A DNA stretch of 64,000 nucleotides. Source: an uncultured delta proteobacterium. GTDB lineage: Bacteria > Desulfobacterota > Binatia > Binatales > Binataceae. Position 1 is the stretch's first letter. Each line of letters opens with the position of its first letter. Below the pieces are notes generated by a model. The model had not been told where the DNA came from. It did no database searches and worked only from the letters and a program-made list of their open reading frames with translations. Shown piece after piece: positions 1 through 8,705 of this stretch. The stretch covers positions 135,343 through 199,342 of the forward strand of contig CAVUUH010000044.1 of assembly GCA_963744545.1 (NCBI GenBank), in the 5' to 3' direction. The translations under genes were made by a program, and so were the position numbers.

Positions 1-2
1 TG

Positions 3-407
3 GTGACGGGCGGAGTTGGAATCTTCGGATGCGGCGGGTCGAACATCTCGCCGTTCGGCACACCAACCGAGTTCACCGAGGACGAAATCTACGCGACGCT
101 GCGCGCCGGCTACGAATCCGTGCGCGACGTGCGTCCGCTCCTGATGATCTGCCATCCGCCGCCGTTCGATACCAAATGCGATCGAATCATGAGCGGCAAG
201 CCGGTCGGAAGCACCGCCGCGCGCCGGTTTATCGAAGAGGTGAAGCCCGACGTTTGCATCTCGGGGCACATCCACGAATCCGCCGGCGTCGACAAAATCG
301 GCCCAACGCAGATTTTCAACGCGGGCCCGTTCAAGGGCGGCGGCTATATAGTTGTGCGCACGATTGAAGGCGGCGCGCGGCTGGACGCGAGGCTCGAATT
401 TCTTTGA
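3..407 (+). CDS. Metallophosphoesterase (calcineurin-like), C-terminal part; 5' end outside window
   Basis: ORF runs from window edge; contains SGHIHES (GHxH metallophosphatase motif). Confidence 0.5.
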   Translation: MTGGVGIFGCGGSNISPFGTPTEFTEDEIYATLRAGYESVRDVRPLLMICHPPPFDTKCDRIMSGKPVGSTAARRFIEEVKPDVCISGHIHESAGVDKIGPTQIFNAGPFKGGGYIVVRTIEGGARLDARLEFL

Positions 408-576
408 CGTGCCGACGATGTCGCGCGTCGATCAATCGCTTCGGATGTACGCCGGAAAGATTGCCAACGGATGGCCGCTGGTGCTGCGCAACTCGTTCCG
501 GCTACTGTGGCGCTTCCGGCCCGGACGCGCCGCGAAGTAGGGCGCACATTTTTCCCGAAAGGAGATTCGCTTTAGC

Positions 577-1452
577 ATGGCTGCGACTGACGATGTACGT
601 TTGAGGTTCGATCACGTTTCGATCGCGGTGAAGTCCATCGACCGCGCCTACGAATTTTTTTCGAAGTATTTTCCGATCAAGCTGCGCGGCGCCAAATCAC
701 TCGACGAACAGGTCAGCGGATCGTTCTACTGGCAGGACTTTCATCTTGGCGGTTTCGTGGTCGAACTGATCGAGGACCCGCCCGGCAAGCCCGGCTTCGT
801 CAGCAAGTTCATCGAGCGGCACGGCGAGGGGATGCATCATTTGTCGATCGAGACCGACGGTCTCGACCAACTGGTTGCGAATCTGAAAGCCGGCGGCGTA
901 CGCGTCGTCGACGAGCAGAAGTACGACTCCGGATCCGCGACCGCGTTCATCTCGCCGCGATCGGCCTTCGGCGCGTTGATCCAGTTCTGGCACACGCCGA
1001 ATTGGGAAGAGAAACATCCCAAGCCGGCGCCCGACGGCCTGGCGTATTTCGATCACGTCTCGCTCGCGGTCAAGGACATCGCCGCGGCCTACAAATTTTT
1101 CACGAGCTACTTTCCCGGCACGAAAATCAGCCACGAGATTCATACCAGCAATTCCGAGGGCAACTTTGACCTCGGCCATCTCGAGGTCGCCGGCTTCAAG
1201 CTCGAATTCATCCAGAGCCCGGCGCACAAGCCCGACAACGACTTCGTCGGCAAGTTCATCGCGCGCTACGGCGAGGGGATGCATCACGTGTCGATCGACC
1301 TCAAGGATTTCGACGAGACCCGCGAGAAGCTCAAGCGCGACGGGGTCCGCGTGGTGGACGAAAAGCGCAACTGGCGCGGCGAGCGTCAATACTTCATCTC
1401 ACCGCAATCAGCCTTCGGCGTCCTGATCCAAATCTGGGACGGGTTGCAGTGA
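577..1452 (+). CDS. VOC-family protein with two tandem glyoxalase/dioxygenase-like domains
   Basis: Internal duplication: FIERHGEGMHHLSIE...RVVDEQK and FIARYGEGMHHVSID...RVVDEKR; HxS/E...H metal ligands typical of VOC fold. Confidence 0.7.
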   Translation: MAATDDVRLRFDHVSIAVKSIDRAYEFFSKYFPIKLRGAKSLDEQVSGSFYWQDFHLGGFVVELIEDPPGKPGFVSKFIERHGEGMHHLSIETDGLDQLVANLKAGGVRVVDEQKYDSGSATAFISPRSAFGALIQFWHTPNWEEKHPKPAPDGLAYFDHVSLAVKDIAAAYKFFTSYFPGTKISHEIHTSNSEGNFDLGHLEVAGFKLEFIQSPAHKPDNDFVGKFIARYGEGMHHVSIDLKDFDETREKLKRDGVRVVDEKRNWRGERQYFISPQSAFGVLIQIWDGLQ

Positions 1453-1651
1453 TAAGCTAAAATTCTTTGCATGCCTTCAGAAGACAAAAAGCCCTCGGTC
1501 GAAGTCTCGTCGCACGTCGAGCCGCCCAAAATCTACCACGCCGCATGCGGCGTGCTATGCGACATCTTCTGGTGGGCCCGCCGCGATCCTGCTGCCGAAG
1601 ATCCGCCTCCTCCGCCCGTGAAAGACGAAACTCCGTGACGGTTCCGATTTC

Positions 1652-2377
1652 TTGATCCGCGCCGCATTCTTCGACGCCGCCGGCACTCTGTTCGAGTCGC
1701 GCGAGCCTATCGGACGCACCTACGCCCGCCTTGCGCGGCAATTCGGCCTCGACGCCCCCGAGGATGCCGTCGGCGCCAGTTTTCGCCGCGCTTTCGGTGA
1801 AGCCCCCGGCCTCGCCTTCGGCCTCGGGCTGCGACCCGACGAGCTTCGGCGCCTCGAGCGGCATTGGTGGCGCGATCGCGTTTCCGAGACCTTCGCGCCG
1901 CTTGGCAAATTTCCCGATTTCGACGCCTACTTCGACGCGCTTTTTTCGTATTTCGCCAATCCCGACCATTGGCTTGCCGACCTTGAAGCTGCGCCGATGT
2001 TACAACGTCTAAAAGATGATGGACTCAAACTGGGCGTGATCTCCAACTTCGACTATCGCCTGTATCGAATTCTCGACGGCCTCGACCTGACCCGTTTTTT
2101 TGATTCGATTACAATTTCATCAGAGGCCGGCTTCGCCAAGCCGCGGCGCGAGGTGTACGACGCTGCGCTCGCGCGCGCCGGTGTGACAGTGCGCGACGCG
2201 ATGCATGTCGGCGACTCGGAGCATCTCGACTTCGCGCCGGCCGCCGCACTCGGCTTCGCCGCCGTGCTGATTGATCGCGAGAACCATGATGCGGCGCCGT
2301 CGATTGCGGGCCGCACCGCCAGAATTCGTTCGCTTGCCAGCGTCACGGAGGTTGCGCGAGTATTTGAACCAGCTTGA
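1652..2377 (+). CDS. HAD-superfamily hydrolase (TTG start)
   Basis: Motif I FFDAAGTL, motif II ISNFD, motif III K in FAKPRRE, motif IV HVGDSE; D+2 of motif I is Ala not Asp. Confidence 0.7.
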   Translation: MIRAAFFDAAGTLFESREPIGRTYARLARQFGLDAPEDAVGASFRRAFGEAPGLAFGLGLRPDELRRLERHWWRDRVSETFAPLGKFPDFDAYFDALFSYFANPDHWLADLEAAPMLQRLKDDGLKLGVISNFDYRLYRILDGLDLTRFFDSITISSEAGFAKPRREVYDAALARAGVTVRDAMHVGDSEHLDFAPAAALGFAAVLIDRENHDAAPSIAGRTARIRSLASVTEVARVFEPA

Positions 2378-2431
2378 CGTTATCGCCGCGTTATCCTTAG
2401 TTAAGGCCACAATTTCCCGGGGAACAGCATT

Positions 2432-4852
2432 TTGGGGATTAGACAAATGAACCGTCCGCTTTTTTCGCATCGCCTGACGGCGATGTTAACCGCGTTTTTC
2501 GCGCTTGCTTTCACTGCCGGTCTCGCCTCCGCACAGAGCACCGCGCAGCTCGAGGGCGAGCTTTCAAGCATCTCCGGCCAGATGTCCTCCGCCGAGAGCA
2601 ATGAATCGACCGCCGACCAGGTGATCGGCCGCCTGGACGGCGCCGAGGCCAGTTTCGCCAAGCTCACCTCGAGCGGCAAGGTCGACAAGGGCGCGATGAT
2701 ACCGATCTTTCATCAGCTCGAGGGGATGCTCGATCGGATGCAGACGGCCTGGTCCAAGAAGAAGGACGATTGCATCAACACGATCGACAACGGTGGGCAA
2801 TGCGATTACGACAAGCCCGAGCAGTTCGCGTTGCGCGCTGCGTATCCTCTGGCCTGGCTGCGGTTCACCGCAGCGACAACTCTGTTCGACGATAGCGCTG
2901 AGCAATCGAAAAAATTGCTGAACGAGTCGATCGACGGCTTCACCGCCAGCATGCTGGCGATGCCTGATCCCAACCTGATCCGCGAGAATACTCTCGGCCG
3001 CGCGTACTGCGAGCGCGAGTTGGGCAAGTTCGATCACAAGGAATACGACAACGCGATCGCCGACTTCAAAAAAATCATGGACGATGGCACCACCACGCAG
3101 CAATACGCCGCTGCGAAGCAGGGGCTCTCCACGACGTACGCCAAGATGGGTGACGCGGCGAAGGCTGCAGAGTTGATGCAAGGAGTTTCCACCGGCGGTA
3201 AAGGCGGATCCGGCCAGTTCATGCTTCAATTGCAGACCCTCTTCCAGGCTGAACGAGCCACCAGCGATTCCGCCAAGAAGGCCGAGTACCACAAGCAGAT
3301 CATCGATCTGATGAAGCCGAAGGAAAACGACAAGGAAGGTTGGGCTATCGACGTTGCGGCAGCCTCCAAGTTCCCGAGCAATGCAGTCGAAGAGTTCGGA
3401 AACTCAAACGATCCTTTCGAGAAGTGGCTACTCGCCGCGGTTTTGCTCTCGCGCAAAGACGAGGCCGGCGCCGCCAAATACTATTCCGAGGCCTGCGACA
3501 GCGGAAAATATCCCAAAGCCTGCAGGTTCGCCGCTGATATCTACCAGCGCGAGAAACGCTTCGACCTGGTCCAGGTGATGCTCGAAAAAATCGCACGTCA
3601 AGGCGGCGGCGACGCGGCCCAGGCCAACTTTTTGGAGTACAGCCTCGATCACGATCGATGGGAGAAGAGCGGTCAGAAAGATAAGGCGCTCGAAGATAAG
3701 TGGGTGAAGGACGCCGAGGAATACCTGCAGAAGAGTCCCGGCGGTGAGCATGCCGCCGAGTTGCAAGTGGCGCTGGCCGATCGCAAGCAGCGGCAGGGCG
3801 ATCTTCAGGAGCCGCCGATTTGTATTCCAAGGTCAAGGGCGATGCCGAGTTCACCTTCACCGCAAAGTTCAAGGCCGCGGAATGCTACTACAAGATCCTC
3901 GTGGGTGCGGGCTGCTTCCAAGGACGACAAAACGGCGCCTAAGATCGATACCGATCAGCTCAGAAAACTGGCGCTCGCGGACCTGAACGAATCAATCAAG
4001 ATGGGTCCGCAGGCGGAGAGCGCTGCCAATAATGCGGCTGCCAAGAAGGCGGTCCGCGAGATTCGCGGCGAGGCGACGTACATGCTCGCCTCGATCCTCG
4101 AGGAAGATCAGGAGCATGTCGACTACGCGCAGGTCGCGCCGTTGCTGGTCGGCTACGAATCCAACTACCCGATGATGAGCGCGAAGTTCCAGGACGTGAT
4201 CGAATGGCGCATCACGGCGCTCGATCACCTTGGCCGGTATGACGAAGTTAATCGCGACGTCGCCGGACTTGTCGAGCGTAGCCACGGCGATGTAGCCAAG
4301 GGCGATTTCATCAAGGGACTTGGAATCGACTTCTGGAAGACCGCGCAGGCGGCCAAGGAGAACAACGACGACAAGGCATACAAGGCCAACGCGAAGTTGA
4401 CTGTCACGGCGTACAGGTTCTTCTCGGACATGGCCGATCAGGGCAAGATTCCAGTCAAGAATCTGACCGGTACACTATCGATCTATGCTCAAGCGCTTCA
4501 GGCTACGGGCCAGGCTGACGAAGCGGAAAAGGTCTTCCAGGAAGTCGTGAAGGCCGACCCGGCGTCGCCCGATGCGAACGCAGGTCTGGCCCGAAGGGCG
4601 GAAGAGAAAGGTGACTGGAAGGAAGCAAACGAGCGATGGACCGCGGTCGAGAACACGGCCGCCGAGTCCGACCCTCTCTGGTACGAGGCCAAATATCACC
4701 TCGCGGTGATTTACGAGAAGCAAGGCAACGTGCAAGGTGCATGCAGCAAGCTGGCGCAAACGCGCGCCGAGCATCCTACGCTGGGCTCGGACGATATGAA
4801 GGTCCGATGGGATAAGCTGCAACGCTCGCTGTGCTTGGATCATCATCAATAG
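2432..4852 (+). CDS. Large secreted repeat protein (TPR-like helical repeats with Cys pairs), unknown function; apparent compensating frameshifts near 3806-3920
   Basis: N-terminal signal peptide MLTAFFALAFTAGLASAQS; recurring motifs AAKYYSEACDSGKYPKAC / EAKYHLAVIYEKQGNVQGAC; segment QEPPICIPRSRAMPSS...WVRAAS looks out-of-frame while +2 frame reads AADLYSKVKGDAEFTFTAKFKAAECYYKILVGAGC. Confidence 0.6.
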   Translation: MGIRQMNRPLFSHRLTAMLTAFFALAFTAGLASAQSTAQLEGELSSISGQMSSAESNESTADQVIGRLDGAEASFAKLTSSGKVDKGAMIPIFHQLEGMLDRMQTAWSKKKDDCINTIDNGGQCDYDKPEQFALRAAYPLAWLRFTAATTLFDDSAEQSKKLLNESIDGFTASMLAMPDPNLIRENTLGRAYCERELGKFDHKEYDNAIADFKKIMDDGTTTQQYAAAKQGLSTTYAKMGDAAKAAELMQGVSTGGKGGSGQFMLQLQTLFQAERATSDSAKKAEYHKQIIDLMKPKENDKEGWAIDVAAASKFPSNAVEEFGNSNDPFEKWLLAAVLLSRKDEAGAAKYYSEACDSGKYPKACRFAADIYQREKRFDLVQVMLEKIARQGGGDAAQANFLEYSLDHDRWEKSGQKDKALEDKWVKDAEEYLQKSPGGEHAAELQVALADRKQRQGDLQEPPICIPRSRAMPSSPSPQSSRPRNATTRSSWVRAASKDDKTAPKIDTDQLRKLALADLNESIKMGPQAESAANNAAAKKAVREIRGEATYMLASILEEDQEHVDYAQVAPLLVGYESNYPMMSAKFQDVIEWRITALDHLGRYDEVNRDVAGLVERSHGDVAKGDFIKGLGIDFWKTAQAAKENNDDKAYKANAKLTVTAYRFFSDMADQGKIPVKNLTGTLSIYAQALQATGQADEAEKVFQEVVKADPASPDANAGLARRAEEKGDWKEANERWTAVENTAAESDPLWYEAKYHLAVIYEKQGNVQGACSKLAQTRAEHPTLGSDDMKVRWDKLQRSLCLDHHQ

Positions 4853-4859
4853 CGCGGCG

Positions 4860-5264
4860 ATGCTGAAAAAGATTCATCATGTCGGCGTCGTGGTGCCGAA
4901 CCTCGACGCCGGCTTGAGCTTCTGGCGCGACACTCTCGGCCTGCATTTCACCAAGAGCGCGACGATTGAAGAGCAAGGGGTCCGCGCCGCGCTGCTCAAG
5001 GTCGGCGAGAGCGAGATCGAACTGCTCGAGCCGCTCGACGCCAACAACGCGGTCGGCAAATTCCTCGCGCGGCGCGGAGGCGGACTGCATCACGTATGCT
5101 TCGAGACCGACGACGTCGCCCGCGAGCTAGACGCGGCCCGCGCCAAGGGAATCCAGCTGATCGATCAGAAACCGCGCCAAGGCCTGGCCGGCATGATCTG
5201 CTTCCTGCATCCCAAGGCCACCCGCGGCGTCCTGGTTGAATACGCGCAGCCGCTCGACGAGTAA
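4860..5264 (+). CDS. mce: Methylmalonyl-CoA epimerase (VOC family)
   Basis: KIHHVGVVVPNLDAG...GLHHVCFETDD...EYAQPLDE, single VOC domain of MCE length (134 aa). Confidence 0.75.
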   Translation: MLKKIHHVGVVVPNLDAGLSFWRDTLGLHFTKSATIEEQGVRAALLKVGESEIELLEPLDANNAVGKFLARRGGGLHHVCFETDDVARELDAARAKGIQLIDQKPRQGLAGMICFLHPKATRGVLVEYAQPLDE

Positions 5265-5274
5265 AAGGAAAGCC

Positions 5275-5526
5275 ATGCCGATCTACGAATACCGATGCTC
5301 CCAATGCGACCGCTCCTTCGAAGCGTTCGTCCGCCCCGGAGACGCCGGCGCGCAATGCCCGCATTGCAACGGTTCGAAGCTAACCCGCGAAATGTCGACC
5401 TTCGCGTCCCGCAGCAACGGCGACAGCACGGCAGCAGCCGTATCCGCAATCGCAAATTCCGGCACCTCAAACGGCGGCAGTTTCACCGGCGGCGGATGCT
5501 GCGGCGGCAGCTGCGGCTGCCATTAA
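5275..5526 (+). CDS. FmdB-family zinc-ribbon protein
   Basis: MPIYEYRCSQC...CPHCNG N-terminal CxxC...CxxC ribbon; AAGGAAAG RBS upstream of ATG; Gly/Cys tail GGGCCGGSCGCH. Confidence 0.75.
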   Translation: MPIYEYRCSQCDRSFEAFVRPGDAGAQCPHCNGSKLTREMSTFASRSNGDSTAAAVSAIANSGTSNGGSFTGGGCCGGSCGCH

Positions 5527-5568
5527 ATCTCTTTTTCTGGTCCCCCTTCCCGCTCGGGAAGCCCGCTT

Positions 5569-5647
5569 GTCATCCTGACCGAAGCGAGCAACGCGAGCGG
5601 AGGGAAGGATCTCGGACGGCTTCGCGCCAGCGAAGCCGGTACCGGTT
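5569..5647. repeat. Solo arm of MITE-like palindromic element (family 1, GTCATCCTGAC terminus)
   Basis: gtcatcctgaccgaagcgagcaacgcgagcggagggaaggatctcggacggcttcgcgccagcgaagccggtaccggtt is about 90 percent identical to the arms of the element at 18130-18361. Confidence 0.7.
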
Positions 5648-5655
5648 CTAATCAA

Positions 5656-6318
5656 TCAACCACTGCGACGCACGCTTCTGACCAACTGATCAGTCACCTG
5701 CTCGACAATCCATCGAGGCTTCCATTTGCCGCCCGCCCGATACCAGTTCGCGACGGTAAAGGCAGCACGCAAGATCACGAATGTCATAAGTTTCGGATCG
5801 CCCCCGACGAAAACTCCTTTGTCGACTCCACGACGCACGATATTCACGAACATCTGCTCATAGCGCCGGCCCAGCGCTCGGATGCGCTTGCGATTCTCGG
5901 CGCTGAGCGACACCGGGTCCGCCAGTTCGCGCTCGTAACTTTCTAGCCCCGCATCGAAGCTTCTGGCGATCACTGCCGCGATCGCCTTGCGCAACGCCAA
6001 TTCCGGATCTTTGGCCGAAGTGGTCGTGATCGCTGTCAGCTTTTCAATCAATCGGTTGACCGCGTCGATTCGGATCTCTGTAAAGATTTCCTCCTTGCTG
6101 CGGAAATAATGGTAGATATGGCCCTTTGCTAGTCCGCACTCGTGCGCTATTTGGTCCATGTTGGTCGCATCGTAACCGCCACGCGCGAACGCGCGCGCCG
6201 CGCCCATCAAAATTTCGCGGCGCCGTTCTTTGGCTTTGGCGACGTCACGTATCCGGTACCCGCGGACGCCCACCGCCGGTGACGAGACCAGTTCGAGTTT
6301 TGATCGGTTCGACGCCAT
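5656..6318 (-). CDS. TetR/AcrR-family transcriptional regulator
   Basis: N-terminal HTH REILMGAARAFARGGYDATNMDQIAHECGLAKGHIYHYFRSKEEIF; divergent from SDR operon. Confidence 0.85.
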   Translation of the reverse strand: MASNRSKLELVSSPAVGVRGYRIRDVAKAKERRREILMGAARAFARGGYDATNMDQIAHECGLAKGHIYHYFRSKEEIFTEIRIDAVNRLIEKLTAITTTSAKDPELALRKAIAAVIARSFDAGLESYERELADPVSLSAENRKRIRALGRRYEQMFVNIVRRGVDKGVFVGGDPKLMTFVILRAAFTVANWYRAGGKWKPRWIVEQVTDQLVRSVRRSG

Positions 6319-6421
6319 TACTTCCCGCCTTTCCTCTTGACTAGACCATTCGTTTTAGAATATCCGTTTTAACTGAAGGGCCGCAAGACCGGCAGGCCTC
6401 GAAGGTAACGGAGTACCAGCC

Positions 6422-7204
6422 ATGGATCGAACCTATGTCGTCACAGGGGCCGCATCCGGAATCGGCGCCGCAACCGCGCGTTACCTCCGGGAACGTCGAG
6501 GCAGCGTGATCACATGTGATCTCCACGATGCCGATGTCATCGGTGATTTAGCGACCGTCGCGGGTCGTGCCCAGTTGGTCGACGCCGTGACGCGCCTGTC
6601 CGGCGGCAACATTGACGCGATCGTTGCCAACGCCGGTGGCGGCCCGGCGGAGACCATGCTCTCGGTGAATTTCTTTGGCGCGGTGGCGACGCTCGAAGGC
6701 TTGCGCCCACTCCTGAAGAGCAGTCCTGCGCCTCGCGCCGTGATGGTGTCGTCGATCGCCTCGATGAGCCCGCCCGATCCACGAATCCTCGAAGCTTGTC
6801 TGAATATGGACGAACCTGCCGCAAATGCCGCCGCGAAAGACGCGCTCGCCGCGGGGAAGGGGGCGTTGGATCTTTATGGCAATGCCAAGTATGCGTTGAA
6901 CTGCTGGTGCCGAAGAGTTGCGAGCAAACCGGATTGGGCCGGCGCCGGAATCCCGCTGAATGTGGTTGCTCCCGGCTTCGTCGACACGCCTGCTGCGTCT
7001 TATATTCTGTCCGATCCCGACCGGAGAGCGCAGGCAGGCCGGATGGTACCGTTACGCGGCGCCTTTCCCGGCCGCCCCGATCAGATGGCCGCCGCCCTTG
7101 CCTGGTGCGTGAGTCCCGAAAATTCGCTGATGACGGGACAAGTCCTGTTTGTAGACGGTGGCGCGGAATGTTTTTTGCGCGGACAGAACTCCAAGGTGAA
7201 CTAA
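6422..7204 (+). CDS. SDR-family oxidoreductase
   Basis: VTGAASGIGAATA Rossmann motif, YxxxK-like region GNAKYALNCW. Confidence 0.8.
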   Translation: MDRTYVVTGAASGIGAATARYLRERRGSVITCDLHDADVIGDLATVAGRAQLVDAVTRLSGGNIDAIVANAGGGPAETMLSVNFFGAVATLEGLRPLLKSSPAPRAVMVSSIASMSPPDPRILEACLNMDEPAANAAAKDALAAGKGALDLYGNAKYALNCWCRRVASKPDWAGAGIPLNVVAPGFVDTPAASYILSDPDRRAQAGRMVPLRGAFPGRPDQMAAALAWCVSPENSLMTGQVLFVDGGAECFLRGQNSKVN

Positions 7205-7214
7205 GCGCAGGTTT

Positions 7215-8705
7215 TTGATGAATCAATCAACTTCAGGCCGTCCGCCGCTCACACTGGCGACCAACATCTGGTACGGCGTCGGATCGATCGCATTCGGCAT
7301 TCATCTGACCCTTCTCACGTCCGCGCTCTTGCTGTTCTACAACCAGGTGGTGGGGCTGCCGGCGGAGTGGGTGGGAGCCGCGATGGCGATAACGCTAATC
7401 TTCGATGCGATCTGCGATCCGTTGATCGGAGAATGGTCGGATCACACGCGCTCGCGATGGGGCCGGCGCCATCCGTTCATGTATGCCTCCGCGATTCCTG
7501 CTGCGATTGCATTCTACTTGCTGTTCGATCCCCCGCTCGGGTGGTCGAAAGTCCATCTGCTTATCTACATGGGCGTGATGCTGATGACGGTACGAGTGCT
7601 GCTGAGCCTGTATGAAATCCCCAGCTCCGCGCTGGGACCGGAACTCACGCTCGACTACGATCAGCGCACCAGCCTGATGAGTTCGCGTTTCTTTTTTGGA
7701 ACTCTCGGCGGCGCCGGCATGTCCATCCTTGCGCTGCAGGTCTTCCTGCGGAAAGACGCCGCTCATCCCCTCGGCTTGTTGAGCCCGGTGGGCTACCGCG
7801 AAACCGCAGTGGCCGCGAGCATCGCTATCTTCTTGTCGATCATAATCTCATGCCTGGGCACTCATCGCTTCATTGGGACTCTGGTCCATTCGCCGAGAGT
7901 GGTATCCACATGGCGCGAGAAGTTTCGAGAGCTCAGCGACACGCTGACGAATCGATCGTTTCTCGCGCTGACGATTGCGGGAATCGTCGGCGCCATTTCG
8001 ACCGGCCTGCGGCAGGGACTCGACTTTTATATCGGTGCGTATTTCTTTGAGCTCACGCCGGCGCAAATGTCGTATCTAGCTATCGCCGCGCTGCTCGCCG
8101 CCTTTGCCGGGGTTGGCCTCGCGCCGGCAATCTCGAAGCGGTTCGGAAAGAAATGGACGATGATCGGCGTCTTTTTCGTTTCACTGTTTGCGTCAGTCGC
8201 TCCGATCGCGATGCGCCTGCTGGGTATCCTGCCGCCAAACGGTACCCATGCGTTGGTCGCGATCGTGATCGTCTTTCAGTTCATCGCCGCAACCCTCGGA
8301 CTTTCTGGATTTATCATCGTAAGCTCGATGATGTCTGATGTGGTGGAAGATGCCGCCGTATCGACCGGACAACGATCGGAAGGTCTGCTGTTTGCTGCCA
8401 ACGGCCTCATATCGAAATGCGTGACTGGTGTTGGCACTTTCCTTTCCGCACTCATGCTCGAATGGGTCAGCTTTCCTCAGCATGCGACACCGGGCCAGGT
8501 AGACCCGCCGATACTGCGTCACCTCGGCATGGCCTTCGTTCCGATTGTCACGGTATTCAGCGCGATTTCGATCGCGGTCCTGATGTTTTACGACATCGAC
8601 CGCTCGAAGCATGAGCGAAATATAGAGCAGCTGGGAAGTATGGATGAGCCCGCTTCAGACGCTGCCGCTGTCGCCGACTTCCCACCAAGATCCGTGAACC
8701 AATGA
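7215..8705 (+). CDS. MFS transporter, glycoside-pentoside-hexuronide (GPH) cation symporter family
   Basis: about 12 TM segments; GPH signature DAICDPLIGEWSDHTRSRWGRRHPF. Confidence 0.85.
   Translation: MMNQSTSGRPPLTLATNIWYGVGSIAFGIHLTLLTSALLLFYNQVVGLPAEWVGAAMAITLIFDAICDPLIGEWSDHTRSRWGRRHPFMYASAIPAAIAFYLLFDPPLGWSKVHLLIYMGVMLMTVRVLLSLYEIPSSALGPELTLDYDQRTSLMSSRFFFGTLGGAGMSILALQVFLRKDAAHPLGLLSPVGYRETAVAASIAIFLSIIISCLGTHRFIGTLVHSPRVVSTWREKFRELSDTLTNRSFLALTIAGIVGAISTGLRQGLDFYIGAYFFELTPAQMSYLAIAALLAAFAGVGLAPAISKRFGKKWTMIGVFFVSLFASVAPIAMRLLGILPPNGTHALVAIVIVFQFIAATLGLSGFIIVSSMMSDVVEDAAVSTGQRSEGLLFAANGLISKCVTGVGTFLSALMLEWVSFPQHATPGQVDPPILRHLGMAFVPIVTVFSAISIAVLMFYDIDRSKHERNIEQLGSMDEPASDAAAVADFPPRSVNQ

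Noticed and set aside
5467-5655. 62-aa ORF; also the N-terminus of ORF 17461..18222, encoding the same peptide TGTGFA.AK.SEILP.ARVA
   Set aside because: The shared peptide is a translation of the family 1 palindromic repeat, not a conserved protein.
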